A stretch of 64,000 bases of DNA, taken from Octopus vulgaris (Eukaryota). Below are positions 29,301 through 41,364 of the stretch, one piece after another. The position numbers and the translations under genes were made by a program. The DNA is taken from assembly GCA_951406725.2 (NCBI GenBank), contig OX597814.1, positions 40,672,001 to 40,736,000 of the forward strand, written 5' to 3'. Positions within the stretch are counted from its first letter, which is position 1; every line of letters begins with the position of its first letter. The notes beneath the pieces were generated by a model. That model worked only from the letters and a program-made list of their open reading frames with translations, searched no databases and was not told where the DNA came from.

Positions 29301-29500
29301 TTGAGTAGGAATGTGGAGGTTAGTGTAGTGGCTGGTTTTGACTGTTGCAGGGGGCTTGGATTTTTTGTGTGTGTTAGTGGCAGCAATGTGGGGAATTGGT
29401 GCACTGGGGTAATAGCATAGGATGGTGTTGAGTGATGGCTAGAATGTTTTTGTGTATCTCTTTTGCCATGTTCAACATGGCTAAAAAAGAATTTTCCTGC
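26369..29500 (-). CDS. LINE ORF2: APE endonuclease plus reverse transcriptase
   Basis: LLNAQG, LTETHL, LYRPP, MGDFN, SDH; NYRPISLTS, QHGFR, YLDFSKAFDRVDH, GVPQGTVLGPLLF, FADDSK. The frame is stop-free from 29500; the track's start at 29404 is GTG. Confidence 0.95.
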   Translation of the reverse strand, partial: AGKFFFSHVEHGKRDTQKHSSHHSTPSYAITPVHQFPTLLPLTHTKNPSPLQQSKPATTLTSTFLLNAQGVSPSINAQKWKVQFIEDWVGNHSHHIPFFILTETHLDNSHLEAEVRVKNFTTIRADRIGRRKGGTAIFLHDSFTADGNSIFSNGYCESVTVHNKANDLTVIGLYRPPQTPILCFKECLNSIKCFIQQCHSSNILMMGDFNLPCVDWTTNCLKPSTPASTADKEAAESLFDFTNEFFLSQLVLAPTRHQNILDLVFSNHTNTIHNVTVEKTLLSDHDMVLCNMKFHQPKANPSDLPPAHPFDNMDLHKANWDAIRNELSNVDWSFTHTHISTNHKTSWQIFVDTVTDICAKHSPPRPVNKKCRIPQNRKTIIRKIKRTNKKINKLKYCQQQHTHSTAIALLESKKYNLQQCMKSLINNQRSAEEKWAIEKIKLNPKVFFSFARKRRVTVSTVGPLIDETGTLQDNAKSMAEILQKQYCSVFSNPDMADLGCISDVNPQHTISDITFSAPDVLAAINEIKHNSAVGPDRFPACVLKVCRHQLASPLANLWRNSLDAGYIPKNLLSQSVVPVFKKGNKSLAVNYRPISLTSHIIKVFERVVRSQITQFLESNRRLISNQHGFRNGRDCLTQLLHHFEDILRALGEGSNTDVIYLDFSKAFDRVDHKILLKKLSNIGVSGKLLKWIKCFLTDRSQHVVVEGVKSSPAKVSSGVPQGTVLGPLLFIIYINDINDIIKHSNIKIFADDSKLQKVINEASDRTCLQSDLLAVIQWAEKNNMLLNEDKFELIHFGKEDALKLPYSLPSGETLAASNNIRDLGVIVDNNVSWATHINTKVDMARRMCSWILRTFQSRDIHTIILLFSTFARPHLEYCCPLWSPHTIQGIKKIEAPQRAITKKIDGMTGLDYWGRLEKLKLYSLQRRRERYIICMMWKIFHQHCPNDVGITFKVHPRLGPRAIRPKQKSHSHLITTIRHNYFTSIGPALFNITPKHIKTETDPIGFKKSLDRFLQEIPDKPPTPGYVSVNNNSLLEWAIVPKF

Positions 29501-30603
29501 TTAGGGAGCAGTTTTTGGCTGGAGGTGTGGTTGCACTGTTGGATAGGGTTGTAGTTTCCACTTTTGTTGTTGTTGTTTTTGTGTCTTCCTGAAAAGACTG
29601 AACCAGCATTACTGCAGCATGGTGTGTTTCTATTTTTATTGTTATTCAGGTTTGTGTGTTGGCTTGAGGCCCCGTTTCTGTTTGTGCGTCGGGTCCCTGG
29701 AAGATGAGTGAAGGGACAGTCACTCAGTAGACATGTTCTCTCACGTTGGGAATACCGGCAGATTTTGGGACTCCGAGTTGTGTGTGTTTTGAATTTCGAT
29801 TTACTATTTGGTGGTGTTGATGTTATTGTGGGATGCGTGCTTTGGCCTTGGCCAGTAGTGCGTCTAGTGCCGGGTAGATGCGTGAAGATGCAGTCACTAT
29901 TTGTGCAGAGTCTCTGGCGCAGTGAATAGCGGCATATTTGGGGATTTCTTGTTTGTGCCGTGGGGGGCGCATTCTGCTTCCTATGTTTCTTTAAGTTTTT
30001 GTTACTGCAGTAGTATTGAGGTGGTGATGTGGGGGAAGAGGGCAGTGGTTTCTTATTTGGTTTTCTGTTGGTATTTTTGGTGATAGAAGACGATGGTGGC
30101 AGCGGTGGTGATGATGATGATGATAATTGTGGTGGTTGCTGTGAGAGCGGTGAAAAGATACTGGCATTTAGTGAATCGTCTAGTAAGCTAGAGTTGAGGA
30201 GTGGCTGTTGTTGTTCTTGTTGCTGTGGCTGTTGTTGTTGTTGTTGTGCCTGACCGATGTCAGGGTCAGCCATTGTGTTGGGAACCAGGAGTGGCTCATT
30301 CTGTTGTTGTTGTTGTTGTGGCTGCTGATTTTCTAGCTGTTGTTGTTCTTGAACTGTGAAAATATGTAGAAGCTTTTCATAATGGCCTCTTATCAGTTTG
30401 AAAGATACTTCGATATGTTTCAACTTGCTACGAATCTGTTTGACGGATCGTGTGTTGACCACTTGTGATGTTTTTTCGGCAATCTCATTCAAACACAAGA
30501 CATTTAGATTTTCTGTTTGGGAAAGAGAGAGCCATGTGTTTATTAAAACATCAATTTCGTTATCAGACCAATTTCGTCTGTTGCAGGCCTGCAAGTTAGT
30601 CAT
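29374..30603 (-). CDS. LINE ORF1 (409 aa): Myb/SANT-like N-terminus, poly-Q/P/S linker, two CCCH-type fingers
   Basis: ATG start; RRNWSDNEIDVLINTW...RSVKQIRSKLKHI; ICRYSLRQRLCTNSDCIFTH and ICRYSQRERTCLLSDCPFTH. Confidence 0.85.
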   Translation of the reverse strand: MTNLQACNRRNWSDNEIDVLINTWLSLSQTENLNVLCLNEIAEKTSQVVNTRSVKQIRSKLKHIEVSFKLIRGHYEKLLHIFTVQEQQQLENQQPQQQQQQNEPLLVPNTMADPDIGQAQQQQQQPQQQEQQQPLLNSSLLDDSLNASIFSPLSQQPPQLSSSSSPPLPPSSSITKNTNRKPNKKPLPSSPTSPPQYYCSNKNLKKHRKQNAPPTAQTRNPQICRYSLRQRLCTNSDCIFTHLPGTRRTTGQGQSTHPTITSTPPNSKSKFKTHTTRSPKICRYSQRERTCLLSDCPFTHLPGTRRTNRNGASSQHTNLNNNKNRNTPCCSNAGSVFSGRHKNNNNKSGNYNPIQQCNHTSSQKLLPKQENSFLAMLNMAKEIHKNILAITQHHPMLLPQCTNSPHCCH

Positions 30604-30939
30604 GTTTGTTTTTCTTTTGTTTGTTTTCCTTTTGATTTTTGAAAATATATATATTCTTTCTTGGGAGTTAAAGAAGTGTATATATATATAAATGTTCTCT
30701 CTTAAGGGTGTGAGTTTTTGATTATTTGGTTGTTTGAGGATATTAAAAGAAAAACAGGTGTATATAACAATTTGTAGTTAAATGAAAACGTACTTACGGG
30801 TTTGTAGGCAAACACGTGGTTACAAATATATATATATTTAAGGTCAGTTAGTTTTGAAGCTGTGTAGCTTGCTACTGACTCGGGAGAGAAACAAATAGAC
30901 GTCCGTCCAGTTCAACAGTTAATCCACATCATATATACA

Positions 30940-31020
<81 letters not shown>

Positions 31021-31024
<4 letters not shown>

Positions 31025-31278
31025 TATATAGAAGGAGCTTCTACAGGACTAGTACTGTTTCATTCAAGAGAAATCTTCAGGAAGCTCTTGAATGAAACAG
31101 TACTAGTCCTGTAGATAGTAGATATATATATGTGATGTAGATAGTAGATACTAGTCCTTTCTCTTGAATGAAACAGTACTAGTCCTGTAGAAGCTCCTTC
31201 TATATAATAAATTAATTTTACTCTGCTATGTATTGAGTACCTTACTTACTGTGGTTAACCCCGAATCAACCCGGGACC

Positions 31279-31281
<3 letters not shown>
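31021..31281. mobile_element. Short rearranged family A insertion (HHR at 31036-31086, minus)
   Basis: An inverted tail-less arm, two short re-copied HHR pieces with filler, then a forward arm with the full tail ending ccgggacctac; lies in (TA)n. Confidence 0.85.
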
Positions 31282-31366
<85 letters not shown>

Positions 31367-31647
31367 GGTCCCGGGTTGATTCGGGGTTAACCACAGTAAG
31401 TAAGGTACTCAATACATAGCAGAGTAAAATTAATTTATTATATAGAAGGAGCTTCTACAGGACTAGTACTGTTTCATTCAAGAGAAATCTTCAGGAAGCT
31501 ATTTAACAAGAATTGTATTAGCATTTTATACATTTAGGCAGGTTTAAAGGAGTGGTGGTGGGGGACTTTTTGGGGGTAGGCATAGCGCAAAATATCATAC
31601 TTGGGGGAGTGGTCAAGGAGTCAGTGGTAAGTTAGATGAAAGAATAG

Positions 31648-31689
<42 letters not shown>

Positions 31690-31863
31690 AAAAAATAAAA
31701 AAAATAAAAATAAAAATAAAAAAATAAAAAATATATGTATATATAAAAATATATATATAAAAAAAGGGGGGATAGAGTTATAGGTAAATAAGGAGATTCT
31801 CACTTATACCTATACACACATGTATACGTATCTACACACACATATATATACACATACATATAT

Positions 31864-31906
<43 letters not shown>

Positions 31907-32216
31907 CATATATACACACATACATACATATCTACATACACACATACATACACCCGCCCACATATACAAATTTATACACATGCACATGCCTATACCTGTC
32001 TACACATACACACACGTATATATGCATACACTCACTCCCATGCATGCACGCATACACACATGTATATATATATATATACCCACGACCACACATACATATA
32101 TACACAGAAAAATATATATTCATACGCACATACACTCATGCACACACAACACACCTAGTTCCCTATATACACATATTTACACCTATATATACATACACCC
32201 ACATACACCTATGTAC

Positions 32217-32247
<31 letters not shown>

Positions 32248-32789
32248 CACGCATACATATATATACATGTGTGCACATACATACATACACACACATACAT
32301 ACACATACACATACACATGTGTACCTATACATACCTACACATACACACATACATACATACAAATATATATATATATATATATATACAATCCAATACAGGC
32401 CCATTCCCTAATTTTAATTTTATTATCTTCATTTATTACTTTTGTTATCTTTGATCGCTAGGGCTAAGAATCCTGGCTATGGCTGCATGTCCATTTGTCT
32501 GTCTACTAGAAGGCAAGTACTCATTCCCGCACGCACACTCATTAGCACGTACATTCACCCATTCGTACACTCATACACATACACGTACGCACGCGTTATA
32601 TTCATACATACAAACATCTACATACGTTCACGTATATACACATACGTACTCGTACCTACAGATTCGTGTCTACACTTTAGGAGGCTAGTCTATACATATA
32701 CACCAATAAATATACATATATATATATATATACACACATATACATACACACACACACATATATATACTCCTACATACAGATACATACCT

Positions 32790-32860
<71 letters not shown>

Positions 32861-33344
32861 CACATACACACATACATATACACACACATACATACACATA
32901 TATATACATACACAAACATATATACACACATATATATACATACACACATACACACATACATACGTATACATACATACATACATCCATACATCCATACTTA
33001 CATGCATTTATACGCATACACACACCCATCTATATATATATATATATATATACATATATATACACACTCACACATACATATACAAATCTACGCACACACA
33101 TACATACACGTATACACATACACGCACATACACATATACATGCGTACCCATACACGTGCACACACGCACGCGCATCCATATATATACACACACACACATA
33201 TATATACACGTGTGCAAGCATACATACATACTCATACGCGCACACATACTTACATATACATATATGCACACACTTACACACATATATATACATACACATA
33301 TACATGCATACATACATATATGCATACATACACACACGCACTCA

Positions 33345-33400
<56 letters not shown>

Positions 33401-33677
33401 CACATACATACACATACACATACATACACATATATACACACACATATATATATATATATACACATATACACATACATATATACACATATACATACATATA
33501 CATACACACACACATACATATATACATATACACTGATACACATACCCATACATATATATTATATATATACACACACACACATATACACGTGCATATACTT
33601 ATATCACTACATACTCACATATATAAACATATATACATATACACACATACACATATACATGTACATACACATACGTA

Positions 33678-33737
<60 letters not shown>

Positions 33738-33884
33738 AAAAGCAATAAAGATTCAAGTTAATTTAAATGAATTTACTTGAATATGGTACCTAACTTAGAT
33801 GCACCAAAAAAAACTATACTGATTTAACAATACAGTAATGTGGGGTGATTATAAGCGAGAATGAAGCAACAAGAATGGATAGGT

Positions 33885-33975
33885 TTTTAGTACAATCGTT
33901 TCATACAAGGACAGGTTTTATTAAAAGTTGCAAAGATTACAGCATATAAACGTGTCCCGTACTCATCAGCTAAAA
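33885..33975 (-). ncRNA. Family B hammerhead ribozyme (inverted copy)
   Basis: Reverse complement of 39322-39412. Confidence 0.75.
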
Positions 33976-35506
33976 TACATGTGAGTTCTCTAGACATCCT
34001 AGTGGTTGAGGCTATACTCATGAAGTAATGTAGATAATTAAGTAACATAAACAGATTTCAAAAGTTCATTAAAGTTCTTTAAAGATGATGTACAGTCTTA
34101 TCACAGAATTTTAAAAAAGTCTTAATAGCATCACAGAGAAGGTGACCCAATCCATAGTGCACATATGAATTTCCAGAGATATGATGAGGGATTACATACT
34201 CACAGAAGGCAAATTTATCCATTGTTAATTACAACGAGGTGGGTTTCAATTCCTGCTTATTAGCATTACAGAGAGGGTGAATTAATCCTTTGTATAGATG
34301 CACAATTTCCAATGGTGTAGGTGTAAATTTCCAAGGAATTTCATATTCACAGGCGATAAATTTATCAATGGTTGAACACAATGAGGTAGGTATCAATTCT
34401 TGCTATATGATTAGGTATTTGCCACATTAATCACATTACTGCTATTTACAAGAGGCTGTAGCTATTTAACTTTTAAAGGCTGAAGGGCTTACTGGAGCTG
34501 TATAGAATAGAAAAGGGAGGGGCATAGAAGAAAAGAGAGAAAATAAAAGAAAGAAAATAAAATAAAAAAGAGGAGGGGGCAAAAAGGGGGGGAAGGGGGA
34601 CTCAAAGAGAAGAGAAAAGGAAAAAGAGAATAAGAAGAAGAAAAAGAAAAAAAGAGAAAAGAGAAAGAAAAAGAAAAGGAATAGGGAAGGAAGGGAAAAA
34701 AGAAAAAGAAAAAGAAGAAAAAAAGAAAAAAGAAGAAAGAAGAAAGAAAAAGATAAAAAGGGTTCTAGTTATACAGAAGAATTAGTAGACGACAAGTCTG
34801 GTTTTAGTTTACAGGCATCTAGGAATTAGAGGAGAATATTATTCTTTGACCAGTTAAAATAGCTAATTTATTGCTGTTGAAATCAGCTATGAATTTAAAG
34901 AGAATCTAAAGAGATAACACAGTTAGGGGTCTCGGGGTCAGATGCTAAAATCACCAGAAAATACATTAGGGAAAACTAGGTATAATCTTATCAAAAAGTC
35001 ATTAAAATTTACTTACTTATTTATTCATTTTATTGTCTTAAGGAGTTGCCGTTATTATTCATACATTGACGGACTACAGGTCAAATCTTAGGAGATCATT
35101 CAAAAGGTGTTAGGGGATTGTCTATCATAATGAAGATAATCATATTATCACCGAGGGAATAGTCTCATTTATTTAATTTTGAAATAGAACAATGGGTCTA
35201 TAGTAACTCATTTTAATTAATTAGAGTTATGCTAATTAAATTAGATTAAGTTAGGAACTAAAATTAAAAATTACAATTAAGATTTAAAATTAAGAATTTA
35301 AAAAATTTAAAAATTGTGAGTTTGAAATTAAATAAAGCCTCAATTAAGCGGCGAATAAGTGCTATTCATTTCCCTGTTCTCAAAAAACTGATGTAGATAT
35401 AGGAAAAAGATAACTGTAGTGTGAGAACTCTTAGTTATCTACTTAAAGCAGTGCTATACCAGTAGAAATCAGGTTATATCTATCTATCTAGTTACGAATA
35501 TTCTAA

Positions 35507-35932
35507 TCATTTAAAATATTTTAAAGTCTTCAATTTAGCGTGGACACAAACTTGACCTAGTTCGATATGGTTATTCAATAGGTTTCTATGTTTTCTATGC
35601 TTTAGAATTTCATATGTCTCCATGGAGCATAGTTGGCAACCAACCCTACTATTTTTATACGGAATTGCTCTCCTAACTATTTCCCAATTAAGGTTATAAT
35701 TTTTATTATTATTTTTGAGTTCCCAGATTTTGTTTGAAAGTGTGGTGGTACCAGCTTTATGACGTAATTTAAAAGTCGAGATGTGATTTCTAACTCTAGC
35801 TAAAAAATTTATTGTACATCCAAGGTAATAATATTTGTTATTCTCCGTGGATATGGTACATTTATAGATTACATTATTTTCTCCACATAGACCAGGTGCC
35901 GGGCATTTTGATTTTATTCTACACTTACACAC
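35507..35932 (-). pseudogene. Inverted duplicate of the GIY-YIG domain
   Basis: Peptide identical to the C-terminal 140 aa of the ORF ending at 37793. Confidence 0.9.
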
Positions 35933-36878
35933 TTATCTATTAAAATGCATAAGCAAGGATATCCCAGAATTACAGGGGGGTCTATATAGGGATGATGCTC
36001 TGTTTGTTATCCCTAGTAATAATAAATCTGTTATAGAAAGGATTAGAAAGAAAATTAATAAGTTCTTTAGGGATTTCAACCTCAGTATAACGTATGAACC
36101 GGGCACTAAAATAGTTAATTTCCTAGATACTACGCTAGACCTTAACTCCAAACTACATTACCCATTTAGAAAGGAGGGTGAAATCACGAATTACGTAAAT
36201 AAATTATCAAATCATCCCCCAAATATTATAGAATCTTTAGTAAGAAATATTTCATTAAGAATTTCAAAATTATCATCCAATAGGGATATTTTTAACTCCC
36301 ATTCTGAGCATTATAATGCGGCGTTAACTAAGGCTGGATACAACCAAAAGATTACATTCGTTGATAAGGGGAACTCAAGTATTCCTAATAATGGAGTTAT
36401 CAATAATCACGTAAGCAACAATAAAGACCAAGCCCGAAATAAAAGTAGAATTAAACTAACGGTAAACACTAGTCTAGCGTACAGGCCCAACAATTCAAAT
36501 AGAAACATTGACCAGAACATAGGTAACTCGGATAGTATTGAAGTAGATAAACCTAAGATGCACACAAATAAAAGTAAAAATAATGGTAATAAATACAATA
36601 ACTCCGGTGAGATGAATAGTAATAATTCTACGAACCCTAAATTTAATAAAAAAGATATATTATGGCTGAATATTCCTTTCAACTGTGCGATACAATCAGA
36701 TATACAGAACAAATTCAAAGTGATTCTGGAAAAAAATTTCCCTATCTCTCATAGATATCATAGAATTATTTCTAGGAAAACAGTTAGGATTTCTTATTCA
36801 ACCCTCCCAAATATGTCCACTTTAATAGCTAAGATTAATAATAACAACATTAAACTAGCCAGGAAAGATAGAAATATA

Positions 36879-36915
<37 letters not shown>

Positions 36916-37793
36916 TCGGCATAAAGACCAATAGCAATTGTAATAATACTACCAACAATAAAAGCAGCAATAGTAACTATCAAAACATAGGTGAAATTAG
37001 TAACCACAGAATGACTAATAACATTAACATTAATAGTAATAATAGCAATGCCGATATTAGTAGAAGTAATAATGTTAATAATAAAAATAATAGAAATAGG
37101 GAAAATAGAGAAAATAAGGAGAATGAAAATATTAGTGATATCTATAACAACAATATGCAGTCGGATAAAAAGACTAGCAATAATATTAACATTACCAATA
37201 ATATAAGAAATCATGGTAGGACTTTAGATCTAAATAATGAAACAGAAGGATCAAGAAATAATAGCAATACTTTAGATATCAGCACCAACTATAGAAATGA
37301 TAATCAAAATAACAGGAACCTAAAACATCTACCCAAGAATAATCCAAAGCCTGAAGGTATTCCTCCTGTGTGTAAGTGTAGAATAAAATCAAAATGCCCG
37401 GCACCTGGTCTATGTGGAGAAAATAATGTAATCTATAAATGTACCATATCCACGGAGAATAACAAATATTATTACCTTGGATGTACAATAAATTTTTTAG
37501 CTAGAGTTAGAAATCACATCTCGACTTTTAAATTACGTCATAAAGCTGGTACCACCACACTTTCAAACAAAATCTGGGAACTCAAAAATAATAATAAAAA
37601 TTATAACCTTAATTGGGAAATAGTTAGGAGAGCAATTCCGTATAAAAATAGTAGGGTTGGTTGCCAACTATGCTCCATGGAGACATATGAAATTCTAAAG
37701 CATAGAAAACATAGAAACCTATTGAATAACCATATCGAACTAGGTCAAGTTTGTGTCCACGCTAAATTGAAGACTTTAAAATATTTTAAATGA
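35931..37793 (+). CDS. 5'-truncated PLE polyprotein: RT C-terminal half, Asn-rich linker, GIY-YIG endonuclease (~620 codons open)
   Basis: The frame is open 209 codons upstream of the annotated ATG: GGLYRDDALF, VNFLDTTLDL, SNHPPNII, RISKLSSN, YNAALTKAGY. It continues ILWLNIPFN, ISYSTLPNM, CKCRIKSKCPAPGLC, NVIYKC...YYLGCT. Confidence 0.93.
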
Positions 37794-39321
37794 TTAGAAT
37801 ATTCGTAACTAGATAGATAGATATAACCTGATTTCTACTGGTATAGCACTGCTTTAAGTAGATAACTAAGAGTTCTCACACTACAGTTATCTTTTTCCTA
37901 TATCTACATCAGTTTTTTGAGAACAGGGAAATGAATAGCACTTATTCGCCGCTTAATTGAGGCTTTATTTAATTTCAAACTCACAATTTTTAAATTTTTT
38001 AAATTCTTAATTTTAAATCTTAATTGTAATTTTTAATTTTAGTTCCTAACTTAATCTAATTTAATTAGCATAACTCTAATTAATTAAAATGAGTTACTAT
38101 AGACCCATTGTTCTATTTCAAAATTAAATAAATGAGACTATTCCCTCGGTGATAATATGATTATCTTCATTATGATAGACAATCCCCTAACACCTTTTGA
38201 ATGATCTCCTAAGATTTGACCTGTAGTCCGTCAATGTATGAATAATAACGGCAACTCCTTAAGACAATAAAATGAATAAATAAGTAAGTAAATTTTAATG
38301 ACTTTTTGATAAGATTATACCTAGTTTTCCCTAATGTATTTTCTGGTGATTTTAGCATCTGACCCCGAGACCCCTAACTGTGTTATCTCTTTAGATTCTC
38401 TTTAAATTCATAGCTGATTTCAACAGCAATAAATTAGCTATTTTAACTGGTCAAAGAATAATATTCTCCTCTAATTCCTAGATGCCTGTAAACTAAAACC
38501 AGACTTGTCGTCTACTAATTCTTCTGTATAACTAGAACCCTTTTTATCTTTTTCTTTCTTCTTTCTTCTTTTTTCTTTTTTTCTTCTTTTTCTTTTTCTT
38601 TTTTCCTTCCTTCCCTATTCCTTTTCTTTTTCTTTCTCTTTTCTCTTTTTTTCTTTTTCTTCTTCTTATTCTCTTTTTCCTTTTCTCTTCTCTTTGAGTC
38701 CCCCTTCCCCCCCCTTTTTGCCCCCTCCTCTTTTATTTTATTTTCTTTCTTTTATTTTCTCTCTTTTCTTCTATGCCCCTCCCTTTTCTATTCTATACAG
38801 CTCCAGTAAGCCCTTCAGCCTTTAAAAGTTAAATAGCTACAGCCTCTTGTAAATAGCAGTAATGTGATTAATGTGGCAAATACCTAATCATATAGCAAGA
38901 ATTGATACCTACCTCATTGTGTTCAACCATTGATAAATTTATCGCCTGTGAATATGAAATTCCTTGAAATTTACACCTACACCATTGGAAATTGTGCATC
39001 TATACAAAGGATTAATTCACCCTCTCTGTAATGCTAATAAGCAGGAATTGAAACCCACCTCGTTGTAATTAACAATGGATAAATTTGCCTTCTGTGAGTA
39101 TGTAATCCCTCATCATATCTCTGGAAATTCATATGTGCACTATGGATTGGGTCACCTTCTCTGTGATGCTATTAAGACTTTTTTAAAATTCTGTGATAAG
39201 ACTGTACATCATCTTTAAAGAACTTTAATGAACTTTTGAAATCTGTTTATGTTACTTAATTATCTACATTACTTCATGAGTATAGCCTCAACCACTAGGA
39301 TGTCTAGAGAACTCACATGTA

Positions 39322-39412
39322 TTTTAGCTGATGAGTACGGGACACGTTTATATGCTGTAATCTTTGCAACTTTTAATAAAACCTGTCCTTGTATGAAACG
39401 ATTGTACTAAAA
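39322..39412 (+). ncRNA. Family B type I hammerhead ribozyme
   Basis: ttttag CTGATGA gtacgggaca...tgtccttgtat GAA ACGATTGT A ctaaaa; sense to the ORF, ~1.5 kb after its stop codon. Confidence 0.78.
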
Positions 39413-39442
39413 ACCTATCCATTCTTGTTGCTTCATTCTCGC

Positions 39443-39538
<96 letters not shown>

Positions 39539-39637
39539 GCATACGTATGTGTATGTACATGTATATGTGTATGTGTGTATATGTATATATGTTTATATAT
39601 GTGAGTATGTAGTGATATAAGTATATGCACGTGTATA

Positions 39638-39670
<33 letters not shown>

Positions 39671-39821
39671 GTATGGGTATGTGTATCAGTGTATATGTAT
39701 ATATGTATGTGTGTGTGTATGTATATGTATGTATATGTGTATATATGTATGTGTATATGTGTATATATACATGTATATATATGTGTATATATGTGTATGT
39801 ATGTGTATGTGTATGTATGTG

Positions 39822-39877
<56 letters not shown>

Positions 39878-40162
39878 TATATGAGTGCGTGTGTGTATGT
39901 ATGCATATATGTATGTATGCATGTATATGTGTATGTATATATATGTGTGTAAGTGTGTGCATATATGTATATGTAAGTATGTGTGCGCGTATGAGTATGT
40001 ATGTATGCTTGCACACGTGTATATATATGTGTGTGTGTGTATATATATGGATGCGCGTGCGTGTGTGCACGTGTATGGGTACGCATGTATATGTGTATGT
40101 GCGTGTATGTGTATACGTGTATGTATGTATGTGTGTGCGTAGATTTGTATATGTATGTGTGA

Positions 40163-40201
<39 letters not shown>

Positions 40202-40369
40202 TGGGTGTGTGTATGCGTATAAATGCATGTAAGTATGGATGTATGGATGTATGTATGTATGTATACGTATGTATGTGTGTATGTGTGTATGTATATATAT
40301 GTGTGTATATATGTTTGTGTATGTATATATATGTGTATGTATGTGTGTGTATATGTATGTGTGTATGTG

Positions 40370-40434
<65 letters not shown>

Positions 40435-40986
40435 ATATATATAGGTATGTATCTGTATGTAGGAGTATATATATGTGTGTGTGTGTATGTATATGTGTGT
40501 ATATATATATATATGTATATTTATTGGTGTATATGTATAGACTAGCCTCCTAAAGTGTAGACACGAATCTGTAGGTACGAGTACGTATGTGTATATACGT
40601 GAACGTATGTAGATGTTTGTATGTATGAATATAATGCGTGCGTACGTGTATGTGTATGAGTGTACGAATGGGTGAATGTACGTGCTAATGAGTGTGCGTG
40701 CGGGAATGAGTACTTGCCTTCTAGTAGACAGACAAATGGACATGCAGCCATAGCCAGGATTCTTAGCCCTAGCGATCAAAGATAACAAAAGTAATAAATG
40801 AAGATAATAAAATTAAAATTAGGGAATGGGCCTGTATTGGATTGTATATATATATATATATATATATATTTGTATGTATGTATGTGTGTATGTGTAGGTA
40901 TGTATAGGTACACATGTGTATGTGTATGTGTATGTATGTGTGTGTATGTATGTATGTGCACACATGTATATATATATGTATGCGTG

Positions 40987-41024
<38 letters not shown>

Positions 41025-41327
41025 GGTGTATGTGGGTGTATGTATATATAGGTGTAAATATGTGTATATAGGGAACTAGGTGTGTTGTGTGTGCATGAGT
41101 GTATGTGCGTATGAATATATATTTTTCTGTGTATATATGTATGTGTGGTCGTGGGTATATATATATATATACATGTGTGTATGCGTGCATGCATGGGAGT
41201 GAGTGTATGCATATATACGTGTGTGTATGTGTAGACAGGTATAGGCATGTGCATGTGTATAAATTTGTATATGTGGGCGGGTGTATGTATGTGTGTATGT
41301 AGATATGTATGTATGTGTGTATATATG

Positions 41328-41364
<37 letters not shown>

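Larger units (their letters stand above)
26278..30930 (-). mobile_element. Full-length, apparently intact CR1-group LINE
   Basis: ~330-nt 5' UTR, ORF1, ORF2, short 3' UTR and an octamer tail (ATCAAAGT)x3; (TA)n on both sides. Confidence 0.95.
33736..39442 (+). mobile_element. Nematis-like PLE (family B), 5'-truncated, with a 2.1-kb inverted duplication of its 3' part
   Basis: 33855-35932 mirrors 37368-39442 almost perfectly. The left arm has an extra ~119-nt tail (33736-33854). Confidence 0.92.

Noticed and set aside
27912-30253. Plus-strand ORFs (272, 125, 74 aa and others)
   Set aside because: Antisense shadows of the LINE ORFs.
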